Assembly (NCBI GenBank): GCA_013329055.1
Contig: DUKY01000011.1
Coordinates: 16,096 to 80,095, forward strand
Origin: Nanobdellota archaeon
GTDB lineage: Archaea; Nanobdellota; Nanobdellia; Pacearchaeales; GW2011-AR1
Length of the DNA stretch: 64,000 bases
Reading direction: 5' to 3'
Part shown: positions 44,346-53,788 of the stretch, in pieces
Layout: each line of letters begins with the position of its first letter
Position numbering within the stretch: the first letter of the stretch is position 1
Made by a program: the position numbers and the translations under genes
Notes under the pieces: model-generated
What the model was told of the DNA's origin: nothing
The model's input: the letters and a program-made list of their open reading frames with translations, nothing else
Databases searched by the model: none

Positions 44346-44585
44346 TTATTCTTTTTTAGAATCATCTTTTTTTCTAGAATTTTTGTAAAAAGCACTAAGC
44401 CCAAATCCGATTGATACAAGTGCTAAATATGGAGATTTCAAAACATTAACATATGGTTTAAAATTTTGGTTTATTATAATCTCTTCACTCACATTTTGAT
44501 TTATTATTGGAGCAACACCATAAATAAATGAAGCACAAAGTAATCCCTTGACTAACCCTTCTTTAATTCTTTTTTCTAATGTCAT
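44346..44585 (-). CDS. small membrane protein
   Basis: 79 aa with two hydrophobic segments. Confidence 0.35.
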   Translation of the reverse strand: MTLEKRIKEGLVKGLLCASFIYGVAPIINQNVSEEIIINQNFKPYVNVLKSPYLALVSIGFGLSAFYKNSRKKDDSKKE

Positions 44586-45223
44586 TTTTTAGATTCTTTC
44601 TTTTTTTCTTCAAGTTTTAATTCTAATCCGAATAAATCTTTATATTTATCTTTAAAAAGATTAACAAATTGAACAAATGGTTTTTCAACTTCTACAGTTA
44701 AAGTTTTATCTTTTATATCAAATTTTAAATCCTGTTTAAATAAAAAATCATTAAATGCTTTAATTTTTTCATTTAAATCTTCAATTTTTCTGGATATTTT
44801 AACATTGTAAACAACATCTTTTCCGGCTAATAAATGATTAAAATCTACCATTACCCTTCCACCTGAAACAGTTAAAACTTTTGCCATCCGATTATCAAAA
44901 TTAAATACTGCTCCAGCATAAGGCATTAAATTATGTTGTTTAAAGACTTTGATTGGAATCATTTGCAATTGTTTTGGATCTCTTAAGCCGAAAGCTTTTT
45001 TTGACTCTAGTTCAATTTTATGTTCTCCTATCTCTTTTCCGATTAAATATTCATCAACTCCGGATAAAAACATTCCTTCACCAAGTGCAAAAATAAAAGG
45101 TTTTGCTTCAAGTTTTAAACCTGCTTTCTCAATATCTTTTTTAATATTTGAATCAAAGATTTCTCCATCTTTAGTTTTTCCTGTAAATTCTATTTCAATG
45201 AAATCTTTTTTTTGTAAACTCAT
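44582..45223 (-). CDS. FKBP-type peptidyl-prolyl cis-trans isomerase (start trimmed to an internal Met)
   Basis: MSLQKKDFIEIEFTGKTKDGEIFDSN..., an insert-in-flap region, and LAGKDVVYNVKI, typical of archaeal FKBP/SlyD. The track ORF extends 35 codons upstream without support. Confidence 0.8.
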   Translation of the reverse strand: MSLQKKDFIEIEFTGKTKDGEIFDSNIKKDIEKAGLKLEAKPFIFALGEGMFLSGVDEYLIGKEIGEHKIELESKKAFGLRDPKQLQMIPIKVFKQHNLMPYAGAVFNFDNRMAKVLTVSGGRVMVDFNHLLAGKDVVYNVKISRKIEDLNEKIKAFNDFLFKQDLKFDIKDKTLTVEVEKPFVQFVNLFKDKYKDLFGLELKLEEKKKESKK

Positions 45224-45413
45224 GAAAGAATGATAAATATATGATTTAAAAAAGTTTGGTTTACAATTTACAATCAATAAATTCTTCATAGAAAGAAAAT
45301 TAGATAACTTCTTTCCATGCAAAAGCATAAACGTCCCATCCGAAACATTTAAATAATCTATTACTATCAGAATATTATAAATCTGGTAGTATTATCGAGT
45401 TATTCTAAAAAAA

Positions 45414-46040
45414 ATGGATCAAGAATCAAAAAATATTTTAAAAACAGGAACAACAATCTTAGGAATTGTTTGCAAAAATGGAATTGTAATGGCAGGGGAT
45501 AATCGAGTATCACTTGGGCAAAGCATAATAATCGACAAAGACATGGAAAAAGTGTATCAAATAAATGATTACTTAGTTTTCTCTGGCTGTGGTTCAGCAA
45601 CAGAAGCACAAAAAGTAGCAAAAGTCTTAACCGCAGAATTAAAATTAAAAGAATTAAAATCCAGATCAAGACCAAGCGTAAGACAATCTGCTTCATTACT
45701 TTCTAATTTTCAAGTTTCACAAAGTGCATTTATCTTAGCAGGATTTGATGAAGACGGAGAAACATCACTATATGAAATAACAGGTGGATTTCTAAAAAAA
45801 GTTAAAGATTATACCGCAAGTGTCGGTTCAGGAATGCCTTATGTATTAGGACTTTTAGAAAGACAATACAAAAAAGATTTAACTCTAAAAGAAGGAATTG
45901 AACTAGCATCAGAATCCATAAAAGCATCTTCAGCAAGAGATATGGCATCAGGAAATGGAATAGACATTTATACCATAACAAAAGAAGGAATTAAAAAAGT
46001 AGTAACTCAAAGAACAGAACAAAACTACAAAGACGAATAA
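45414..46040 (+). CDS. psmB: proteasome subunit beta
   Basis: Short propeptide, then GTTILGIVCKNGIVMAGDNR. The length and the GSGMPY block are typical. Confidence 0.9.
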   Translation: MDQESKNILKTGTTILGIVCKNGIVMAGDNRVSLGQSIIIDKDMEKVYQINDYLVFSGCGSATEAQKVAKVLTAELKLKELKSRSRPSVRQSASLLSNFQVSQSAFILAGFDEDGETSLYEITGGFLKKVKDYTASVGSGMPYVLGLLERQYKKDLTLKEGIELASESIKASSARDMASGNGIDIYTITKEGIKKVVTQRTEQNYKDE

Positions 46041-46069
46041 AGAGAAATATTATTCTATAATATTAAAAA

Positions 46070-47956
46070 ATGACAGATATTTTAAAGACAATAACAGAAA
46101 AACTTCACGGAAAAATAACCGAAGCAAACTTTGAAGGTGCAAATATAGTTCTATATACTGACAATGAAAAATTTTTCAAAGATGATGAAGGGAAAATCAG
46201 AGAAATTGTAAATGAAATTAAAAAAAGAATAGAATTAAGAGCAGATCAAAAAATCTTAAAAGATCAAAAAGAAGTAGAAAAACAAATCAAAGAGATTGTC
46301 CCAATAGATGCAGAAATCAGCGAAGTAATTTTTGATTATCATAGAAGTATCGTAATAATCGAAGCAAAAAAACCAGGTTTAGTAATTGGCAAGCAAGGCT
46401 CAATTCTGGAAGATATTCGAAAAGCAACTTTATGGGTGCCACAAATACAAAGAACACCGGCAATCAAAAGTAAAATTACAGATAATATAAGAGAAGTTCT
46501 TTATGCAAATAATAATTATAGAAGAAAATTCTTAAATGAAATTGGACAAAAAATCTACAAAGAATGGAACCCAGACAAATCTAAAGGATGGGTAAGACTA
46601 ACAATGCTTGGAGGAGCAAGACAAGTTGGAAGAAGCTGTATGCTGTTACAAACACCAAATTCAAGAATACTTTTAGATTGCGGTATTGATGTCGCATCAA
46701 ACGGACAAGATAAATTTCCGTTCTTTGATGTACCAGAATTTGATATCTCACAATTAGACGCAGTAATAATCAGCCACGCTCATCTTGACCATGTAGGACT
46801 ATTGCCTTATTTATTTAAAATGGGTTATAGAGGACCAGTTTACATGACACCACCAACAAGAGATATTGCAGCATTAATGTCATTAGATTTTATTGGCGTA
46901 GCATATAAACAGGCAGCAACACCATTATTCAGTTCAACAGACATTAAAGAGATGGTAAAACATAGTATTTGCTTAAATTATAATGAAGTTAGCGATATAA
47001 CACCGGATATCAGATTAACATTTTATAACGCAGGACATGCTTTAGGAAGTGCATTAGTACACTTAAATATTGGAAATGGATTTCATAATTTATTATACAC
47101 AGGAGATTACAAATACGGAAAATCAAGATTATTAGACCCGGCAGTTACAAATTTCCCAAGGGTAGAAACAGTAATAACAGAATCAACTTATGGAGCTAAA
47201 CAAGATATATTACCACCAAGACAACAATCTGAAGCAGAATTAATAGATAAAATCACAACAATCATTAATAGGGGCGGAAAAATATTAATCCCGGAATTAG
47301 GTCTTGGAAGAGCACAGGAAACAATGCTTATTTTAGAAGATGCAATGACATCAGGAAAATTACCAAAAATCCCAATATATATTGATGGTATGATTTGGGA
47401 TATTAATGCAATTCATACAGCTTATCCGGATTTTTTAAGCGGACAAGTAAAATCACAAGTGTTCCAGGATAATAATCCGTTTGTATCTGAAACTTTTTCA
47501 AGAGTGGGTTCACCTCAGGAAAGAAAAAAAGTCGTTGAAGGGGGACCATGTATAGTTTTAGCAACTTCAGGTATGCTTGTTGGAGGAGCATCAGTAGAAT
47601 ATTTAAAAGAATTTGCAGGCAATGAAAAAAATGCAATAATATTTGTATGTTATCAAGGAGTAGGTTCTTTAGGAAGACAAGTTCAAGACGGGGTAAAAGA
47701 AACAAAAATGATTGTTGATGGCAGAGAAGAGATTGTTAAAATAAATCTTGAAGTCCATACAATTCAAGGATTGACTGCTCACGCAGGAAGAAACGAAATA
47801 ATAGGTTTCTTCAATAACATGAGACCAAAACCAAAAAGAATAATTATCAATCACGGAGAAATTTCAAAATCATTAGATTTAGCTTCAGCAATTTACAAAC
47901 TTAACAAAGTTGAAACAAATGTTCCAAGATTATTAGAAACATTAAGATTACAATAA
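46070..47956 (+). CDS. aCPSF1-type KH-domain / metallo-beta-lactamase / beta-CASP ribonuclease
   Basis: N-terminal KH repeats (VIGKQGS), HAHLDH and the beta-CASP region. 628 aa is the canonical size. Confidence 0.9.
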   Translation: MTDILKTITEKLHGKITEANFEGANIVLYTDNEKFFKDDEGKIREIVNEIKKRIELRADQKILKDQKEVEKQIKEIVPIDAEISEVIFDYHRSIVIIEAKKPGLVIGKQGSILEDIRKATLWVPQIQRTPAIKSKITDNIREVLYANNNYRRKFLNEIGQKIYKEWNPDKSKGWVRLTMLGGARQVGRSCMLLQTPNSRILLDCGIDVASNGQDKFPFFDVPEFDISQLDAVIISHAHLDHVGLLPYLFKMGYRGPVYMTPPTRDIAALMSLDFIGVAYKQAATPLFSSTDIKEMVKHSICLNYNEVSDITPDIRLTFYNAGHALGSALVHLNIGNGFHNLLYTGDYKYGKSRLLDPAVTNFPRVETVITESTYGAKQDILPPRQQSEAELIDKITTIINRGGKILIPELGLGRAQETMLILEDAMTSGKLPKIPIYIDGMIWDINAIHTAYPDFLSGQVKSQVFQDNNPFVSETFSRVGSPQERKKVVEGGPCIVLATSGMLVGGASVEYLKEFAGNEKNAIIFVCYQGVGSLGRQVQDGVKETKMIVDGREEIVKINLEVHTIQGLTAHAGRNEIIGFFNNMRPKPKRIIINHGEISKSLDLASAIYKLNKVETNVPRLLETLRLQ

Positions 47957-47970
47957 TTTTAAGACAAAAT

Positions 47971-48366
47971 TTACTCTAAAGGAAATATCTTTTCATCAAA
48001 ATAAATGTTCCCATCGTGTTCTTTTAATGAATTCACAATACATCTTTCAATTAATCCTGTATAAGAATATCTCCCGCCTAAATCCATAACAACATCTTTT
48101 CCTTTTGAATCCTTGCCAATATATAAATAAATAACATCTAAAGTACTATCTTTCCAAATTTCACCACTTTTATATTCTCCGTCTTTAACCCCAACAACAT
48201 CTTCATTAAAATTATAAATAACTCTTTTAGAATTAAAAATCTCACAAGGATTTAACCTAGGATAACTTAATGATTTTTTCGGGATAGAAAAATTATCATA
48301 ATAATCAGAACTAACACCCATAATTTTCAATAGATTACTAGCTTCCATTCGATTAGATTTAACCAT
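47971..48366 (-). CDS. hypothetical protein
   Basis: 131-aa ORF, no motif. Confidence 0.4.
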   Translation of the reverse strand: MVKSNRMEASNLLKIMGVSSDYYDNFSIPKKSLSYPRLNPCEIFNSKRVIYNFNEDVVGVKDGEYKSGEIWKDSTLDVIYLYIGKDSKGKDVVMDLGGRYSYTGLIERCIVNSLKEHDGNIYFDEKIFPLE

Positions 48367-48459
48367 GCACGTTTGATATTAAATAATCTTTTAAAGATTT
48401 ATATTTAAGAAAACATTATAAACATATATTCTTTTTTATATATTATGAAGTTCCAAATT

Positions 48460-48539
48460 CCATGTGGTATCCCAGGAGGCTCAGAAAAGATGCCACCCTT
48501 CAGTACTTTGAGGAGGGTCAAAGGGAACCAGGGGGTTCC
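48460..48539 (+). other. solo inverted copy of the 39.2-39.7 kb GC-rich repeat, directly upstream of a start codon
   Basis: The reverse complement matches the unit blocks (GAGCCTCCTGGGATACCACATG; CCCTCCTCAAAGTACTGAAGGGTGGCATC; CTGGTTCCC). Hairpins: ACCCTTC/GGAGGGT (48495-48518) and GGAACC/GGTTCC (48524-48539). Confidence 0.7.
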
Positions 48540-48545
48540 TTTTAA

Positions 48546-49481
48546 ATGAAGCACAATCTAAAGATAACATTCATTCTTTTAGCAATGTTTATCTTAACGC
48601 AATTTATAGGACTTTATGTTGTGAGTTATTATTCTCCTGTTAAAATTATAGAAGGAGAAATTCAAAATGTAACAGAACCAAAAATATTGCCCTTTGGAAT
48701 GGATTCACCGAAAGTAGAAAAAGAATCAGATTATTACAATTTTTTTTCTTCAATAATAATATCGTTTATAATAGCAATTTTATTATTAACATTTTTAACA
48801 AAATTTAAAGCAGAATTCATCCTCAAATTATGGTTTTTTATTGTAGTTATGATTGCACTGGGTATTTCATTAAAGACAATTCTTCCTGATATAAAATACA
48901 TAACATTAATTTCATTAATTATTGTTCTGCCTTTAGCATATATTAAGATTTATCAAAGAAATTTCTTAGTTCATAATTTAACTGAATTATTTATTTATCC
49001 GGGAATTGCAGCAGTTTTTGTCCCGATTCTAAACATTTATACAATCATTGCATTATTAATTGCAATTTCAATTTATGACATGTGGGCAGTTTGGCATTCA
49101 GGAATAATGCAAAAAATGGCAAAATATCAAATTAATGAATTAAAGATATTCTCAGGATTTTTTATACCATATGCATCAAAAAAAGTAAAGCTGCAAATTC
49201 AAAAGATAAAAGAATCAAAAAAGAAATTAGGTAAAAAAATCAAAGTTAATGTAGCAATTTTAGGAGGAGGGGATATAATTTTCCCAATAATTACATCAGG
49301 AGTGATGCTAAAAACATTAGGGTTTATTCCGGCAATATTTGTAATAATTGGAGCAACAATAGGATTAAGTTATTTATTCTTCTTCGCAAAAAAGAAAAAA
49401 TTCTATCCTGCAATGCCATTTATTACTGCAGGAATATTCTTAGGGATTATTATAGGATATTTATTTGATAAATTTATATAA
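48546..49481 (+). CDS. presenilin/signal-peptide-peptidase-type intramembrane aspartyl protease homolog
   Basis: Polytopic protein with YD (SIYDMWAV), GxGD (LGGGDIIFP) and a PAL-like YPAMPF, in the canonical order. Confidence 0.7.
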   Translation: MKHNLKITFILLAMFILTQFIGLYVVSYYSPVKIIEGEIQNVTEPKILPFGMDSPKVEKESDYYNFFSSIIISFIIAILLLTFLTKFKAEFILKLWFFIVVMIALGISLKTILPDIKYITLISLIIVLPLAYIKIYQRNFLVHNLTELFIYPGIAAVFVPILNIYTIIALLIAISIYDMWAVWHSGIMQKMAKYQINELKIFSGFFIPYASKKVKLQIQKIKESKKKLGKKIKVNVAILGGGDIIFPIITSGVMLKTLGFIPAIFVIIGATIGLSYLFFFAKKKKFYPAMPFITAGIFLGIIIGYLFDKFI

Positions 49482-49935
49482 TTTACCATTTATTACTGCA
49501 GGAATTCCAACAAAACTTTTAATATAAGGCGAGTGAAGACGAGCAGAAGTTTTGTGGCACCAAAATTTTTTATAAAAATTTTTAGTGTTCTTAGGAATTA
49601 TTATAGGATATTTATTTGATAAATTTATATAATTTACCATTTATTACTGCAGGAATACCGACAAAACTTTTAATATAAGGCGAGTGAAGACAAGCAGGAA
49701 GTTTTGTGGCACCAAAATTTTTTATAAAAATTTTTAGTGTTCTTAGGAATTATTATAGGATATTTATTTGATAAATTCATCTAACTTGCCATTTATTATT
49801 GCAGGAATTCCAACAAAACTTTTAATATAAGGCGAGTGAAGACGAGCAGAAGTTTTGTGGCACCAAAATTTTTTATAAAAATTTTTAGTGTTCTTAGGAA
49901 TTATTATAGGATATTTATTTGATAAATTCATCTAA
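49482..49935. repeat. three tandem units of 151-152 bp, each a copy of the last ~58 nt of ORF 48546-49481 interrupted by an 82-nt insert
   Basis: Units are 49482-49632, 49633-49784 and 49785-49935. The flanks match 49424-49481. The insert carries a CCAACAAAACTT/AAGTTTTGTGG stem and an AT-rich palindrome. Confidence 0.85.
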
Positions 49936-49978
49936 CAATAAAACAAAAGAATAAAAAGTACAAAAAGATATTTTTGTT

Positions 49979-50503
49979 ATGGATTTTGGAACACATTTAC
50001 TATCAGGAATTATTTTAGCTTATATCTTAACAGATTTTAATTCATGGATGTGGGTTTTAATTATTATTTTTGCATTATTACCTGATTTAATCGGAGAATT
50101 ATTTTATCAGATAGGAAGAATCACAAAAGGATATAAAATAAAACTTATCTATGACCAAGAAATTACATCTTCAAGTTTATATTTAAAAAATAGTAAATAT
50201 ATGATTCCTTATAACTTTTTACATTCGTTATTGGCAATAGGATTGCTATATATTTTTTCTTTGCCATTTGAATTAATAATTGCATATGCAATCCATATAG
50301 TTTTAGACCTCGTCTCTCATTCAAGAGATTCATGGGGAATTATGATCTTTTGGCCATTTAATAAAAAAAGATTTGGACCAAAAAAGAATTGGTGGGAATG
50401 GAAATTTTTAAAAAATACCAGCGTATTTTATTTTAATTTAATAACATATATAATAACAATTATTATCTTTTTAATACTCAAATTTTTTTTAAATAAATTT
50501 TAA
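49979..50503 (+). CDS. YdjM/DUF457-family membrane-bound metal-dependent hydrolase
   Basis: MDFGTHLLSGIIL N-terminus, HSLL and HIVLDLVSH His motifs, and about 5 TM segments. Confidence 0.65.
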   Translation: MDFGTHLLSGIILAYILTDFNSWMWVLIIIFALLPDLIGELFYQIGRITKGYKIKLIYDQEITSSSLYLKNSKYMIPYNFLHSLLAIGLLYIFSLPFELIIAYAIHIVLDLVSHSRDSWGIMIFWPFNKKRFGPKKNWWEWKFLKNTSVFYFNLITYIITIIIFLILKFFLNKF

Positions 50504-50559
50504 AATTAATAATTTATCAAATTATTAATATATATAAACTATTAATTCAAATTATTAAT

Positions 50560-51732
50560 ATGAAAAATAAATATGAACTTTTAGCACCAGTAGGAGACTT
50601 CCCGATGTTAGTAACAGCAGTTAATGCCGGAGCAGACGCAGTTTTTTTCGGATTAAAAGAATTTAGCATGAGAACATCACCAAAAAATTTCACATTAAAT
50701 GATTTAAAAAAGATAAATACAATATGTGGAAAGAAAGTAAAAAAATACTTAACATTAAATACAATAATTTATGATAACGAATTAAACAAAATAGAAAAAA
50801 TAATTCAAAAAATAAAAGGAAAAATTGATGCAATAATCTGCTGGGATTTATCAGTAATTGAATTATGTAAAAAATATAAAATACCGTTTCATATATCAAC
50901 GCAAGCATCAGTTGCAAATTCAAAAACTGCAGAATTTTATAAAAAACTTGGAGCAGAAAGAATAGTCCTTGCACGAGAATTAAATCTAAAACAAATAAAA
51001 AAAATTTCAAAGATTATAGACATTGAATGTTTTGCACATGGAGCAATGTGCGTCGCAGTTTCAGGAAGATGTTTTACATCACAATTTTTATTTAATAAAT
51101 CTGCAAATAGAGGAGAATGCATACAACCCTGCAGAAGAACTTACAAAGTAGAAGATGTAGAAGGAAACCAGCTAAAAATTCAAAATAACAAAATATTTTC
51201 AGCCAAAGATTTATGCACATTACCTTTTATCGAAGAAATGAAAAAAGCAGGGATAAAAAGTTTTAAAATTGAAGGAAGAAGCAGAGATCCCAGATATGTA
51301 GATATAGTAATCAGAGTTTACAGAAAAGCATTAGACAAAAAATTAACAAAAGAAGAATTAGAAGAAAATCTTAATGAATTAAAAAAAGCATATAACAGAG
51401 ACTTCTCGTCAGGTTTTTACATAAGACTGCCGACATCAGATGATTTTACAAAAGTAGAACATAGTGCAGCAACAGAAAAAAAACATTTTGTTGGAAAAGT
51501 CACACATTATTATCCAAAAATAAATGTCGCTACAATAAAATTAGTTTCAAATTTAAAATTAAACGATAAAGTAATTATTCTAGGAAATACCACAGGATTA
51601 ATAGAATCAAAAATTGAATATCTTGAACACAAGAAAAAATCAATTAACACTGCAGAAAAAGGAATGGAAATCGGATTAAAACTTCCAAAAGTCAAAAAAA
51701 ATGATGAAATCTATGTAATTCAAAAAAAATAA
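50560..51732 (+). CDS. peptidase U32-family protein
   Basis: ELLAPVGDFPMLVTAVNAGADAVFFG N-terminus and the signature E-x-C-x-QPCR (RGECIQPCRR). Confidence 0.85.
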   Translation: MKNKYELLAPVGDFPMLVTAVNAGADAVFFGLKEFSMRTSPKNFTLNDLKKINTICGKKVKKYLTLNTIIYDNELNKIEKIIQKIKGKIDAIICWDLSVIELCKKYKIPFHISTQASVANSKTAEFYKKLGAERIVLARELNLKQIKKISKIIDIECFAHGAMCVAVSGRCFTSQFLFNKSANRGECIQPCRRTYKVEDVEGNQLKIQNNKIFSAKDLCTLPFIEEMKKAGIKSFKIEGRSRDPRYVDIVIRVYRKALDKKLTKEELEENLNELKKAYNRDFSSGFYIRLPTSDDFTKVEHSAATEKKHFVGKVTHYYPKINVATIKLVSNLKLNDKVIILGNTTGLIESKIEYLEHKKKSINTAEKGMEIGLKLPKVKKNDEIYVIQKK

Positions 51733-51774
51733 TTACAAGAAAAAATAAAAAAAATAAAAAAAATAAATTCTTAT

Positions 51775-52221
51775 CTAAGATAAGGTTTTAGTATTTGTTC
51801 TAGGACAAAGTTGTTGATCACCAGCTTTACCAATAAAGTAGGGAGTAATTCCAACTTCAATAGGATTATTTACACCAACATTAGCCCAAGATTGACTTAC
51901 TGTTGCAAGAGGAACAATGTTTCCAGGTCTATCTAATACAGTTCCTGAAATAGTACCATCATTAAAAACAACCTTTATACCGTCAATATCTCTACCACCA
52001 GCTTTTCTTTCAACAAAAAGATTACAAGCAGTACCAGTACAATTAGTAGCAGTTGTTGATTCAATTTGAATATCTAAACATTCAAGTTGCAAATTAATTT
52101 CATCAGATTTACCACCGATTAAATTATTAATTACAGTCCAAACAACTCCAACAGCAACTAAAGCCAAAGCAACCATTATTACAGTAATAACAATTGCTGA
52201 CATTCCTTTTTTTGTTTCCAT
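51775..52221 (-). CDS. small secreted protein with archaeal class III (pilin-like) signal peptide
   Basis: KGMSAIVITVIMVALALVAVGVVWTVINNLI. The body shares VERKAGGRDIDGIKVVFNDGTIS with ORF 26108-27385. Confidence 0.6.
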   Translation of the reverse strand: METKKGMSAIVITVIMVALALVAVGVVWTVINNLIGGKSDEINLQLECLDIQIESTTATNCTGTACNLFVERKAGGRDIDGIKVVFNDGTISGTVLDRPGNIVPLATVSQSWANVGVNNPIEVGITPYFIGKAGDQQLCPRTNTKTLS

Positions 52222-52339
52222 TTTTTAAACCTCCTTTTAGATAATATAATATGAATATAAATAAAATTAATTATTTAAATCTTATTGTTATTAATTATTA
52301 TCAGTTTAATAACACAACCAATTAGTTATTAAAAATTTT

Positions 52340-53446
52340 TTATTGAACTTTTAAAATAATCTCATTTCGTGGGATACTCTTATAACCACAACCAGTAATT
52401 TTTGGGATTAATTTTTCCATTATTCCTCTTGACTTCTTAAAATTTTCATCGAGCCCTTTTTGAAAAATTTCTAACTGTAATCCCCTTTTATCAAGACGAT
52501 TTCTAATAGGTTCATAGATCTTCAACGGAATAATCCAAGTTTTCAATGCAAATTCTTCACCAAATTTTTTAACACCTTTTTCTAAAAAATATTTAAGGGT
52601 CTTAGGATTCGGGTCATAAATAAAAGGATAAACATCAATTCCTGCCTTAACCATAGTCTCAAAAGTATTCCATCTCTCTTTATCTAAAAATTTATATTCA
52701 GGATTCACAGTACCATCTTTTTGGGAAAATCCAATTGCCCTTAAATTACTTTTCCAATCTGTTCCCTTAAAAGAACATAAAACACCAAAATTATTATACT
52801 CGGCAATTTTTTCCCAAAAATTTTTATCTAATCTCCCTTCATTTTGTAATTGTCGAATAAAACTTCCTGTAGTCAGATTAGTTTCTCCCTGAAAATAAAC
52901 ATCCTCAGATAATCCTCTTCTTTTTAATTCTTCTAAATTTTCCAGCCATTGCCATGGAACAAGTAAAGGCTCACCGCCTGAAAGCCTCATAACATGCATT
53001 TCTTTAGCAAGACCTTTTCTTGCATCTAAAAAAGCATCAATAACTTCTTTATTAGAAAAATATGCACCATCTTCTTTTCTCCCATTTTTATTATAATCAT
53101 CAACAAAACACCAAGGACAATAAACATTGCAAGTTTTTGTCTGAGGCATAAAAGTCATATTGCAAACCTGTAAAGGCAAGTTCAAAGATTTATAAGCCCA
53201 TAAAGGCATATCAAAACCAGTATCTGAAATCGCAGCCTTATATAATTCAGAAGGATTTCCGGATTTGCATTTAAGATTATCTTTAGTACGATAAAAATCA
53301 TCAATTACCACAGCACTTTTTTTAATATCATTCGCTTGAGAAGTCCCGGAAAGTCTTGCAAAAAGATACTTTTTTACACCATCCTCTTCGATAAAAGTTC
53401 TCTTGCTTAAAGAATCGCATCGTTTAATCCATTTTTCTAAATTCAT
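52340..53446 (-). CDS. radical SAM protein
   Basis: CNVYCPWC (Cx3Cx2C) and SGGEPLL. There is an N-terminal extension of about 95 aa before the cluster motif. Confidence 0.8.
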   Translation of the reverse strand: MNLEKWIKRCDSLSKRTFIEEDGVKKYLFARLSGTSQANDIKKSAVVIDDFYRTKDNLKCKSGNPSELYKAAISDTGFDMPLWAYKSLNLPLQVCNMTFMPQTKTCNVYCPWCFVDDYNKNGRKEDGAYFSNKEVIDAFLDARKGLAKEMHVMRLSGGEPLLVPWQWLENLEELKRRGLSEDVYFQGETNLTTGSFIRQLQNEGRLDKNFWEKIAEYNNFGVLCSFKGTDWKSNLRAIGFSQKDGTVNPEYKFLDKERWNTFETMVKAGIDVYPFIYDPNPKTLKYFLEKGVKKFGEEFALKTWIIPLKIYEPIRNRLDKRGLQLEIFQKGLDENFKKSRGIMEKLIPKITGCGYKSIPRNEIILKVQ

Positions 53447-53494
53447 AAAATTAACAAAATTAAACTCTTTAAAAAGATTATATTAATAAAATAT

Positions 53495-53764
53495 CTATTT
53501 TAAACCCTTTAATGTTCCACTAACTTTAATCACTTCCATTTTTTTAGGATAAACACACAAGGAAGCTCTGACTGAATCAACCATCTCTCGATTAATGCAA
53601 ATAATACAATCTTCATTTGATTTAATAAAACTCAAACCAACTTTTGACATCCCAAGAACCCCAATAAAATCTAAAATAGCTTTTTCAATATCAGAATTAA
53701 TATTTTTTCCTTTAATTAAAAGATACCTTTTATTTTCCTTAAGACTTGGTTTTAAACTACGCAT
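53495..53764 (-). CDS. RNase P protein component 2 (Pop5/Rpp14-like)
   Basis: LKPSLKENKRYLLIKG N-terminus, typical of archaeal Pop5. It is short (89 aa). Confidence 0.55.
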   Translation of the reverse strand: MRSLKPSLKENKRYLLIKGKNINSDIEKAILDFIGVLGMSKVGLSFIKSNEDCIICINREMVDSVRASLCVYPKKMEVIKVSGTLKGLK

Positions 53765-53788
53765 AATTATATATAATTTTTAACTTAT

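Noticed and set aside
45224-45328. N-terminal 35 codons of the FKBP track ORF
   Set aside because: The extension has no similarity to FKBP N-termini. The canonical domain begins at the internal Met (MSLQKKDFIEIEF).
45400-45696. 98-aa Leu-rich ORF antisense to psmB
   Set aside because: It lies entirely within the well-supported proteasome beta gene on the opposite strand. Its low-complexity Leu/Ile composition is typical of antisense frames in AT-rich DNA.
49482-49935. Diversity-generating retroelement (template/variable repeat) explanation for the copies of the gene's 3' end
   Set aside because: There is no reverse transcriptase nearby. Differences between copies are few and not adenine-specific. 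The copies are interrupted by an 82-nt insert containing stop codons.
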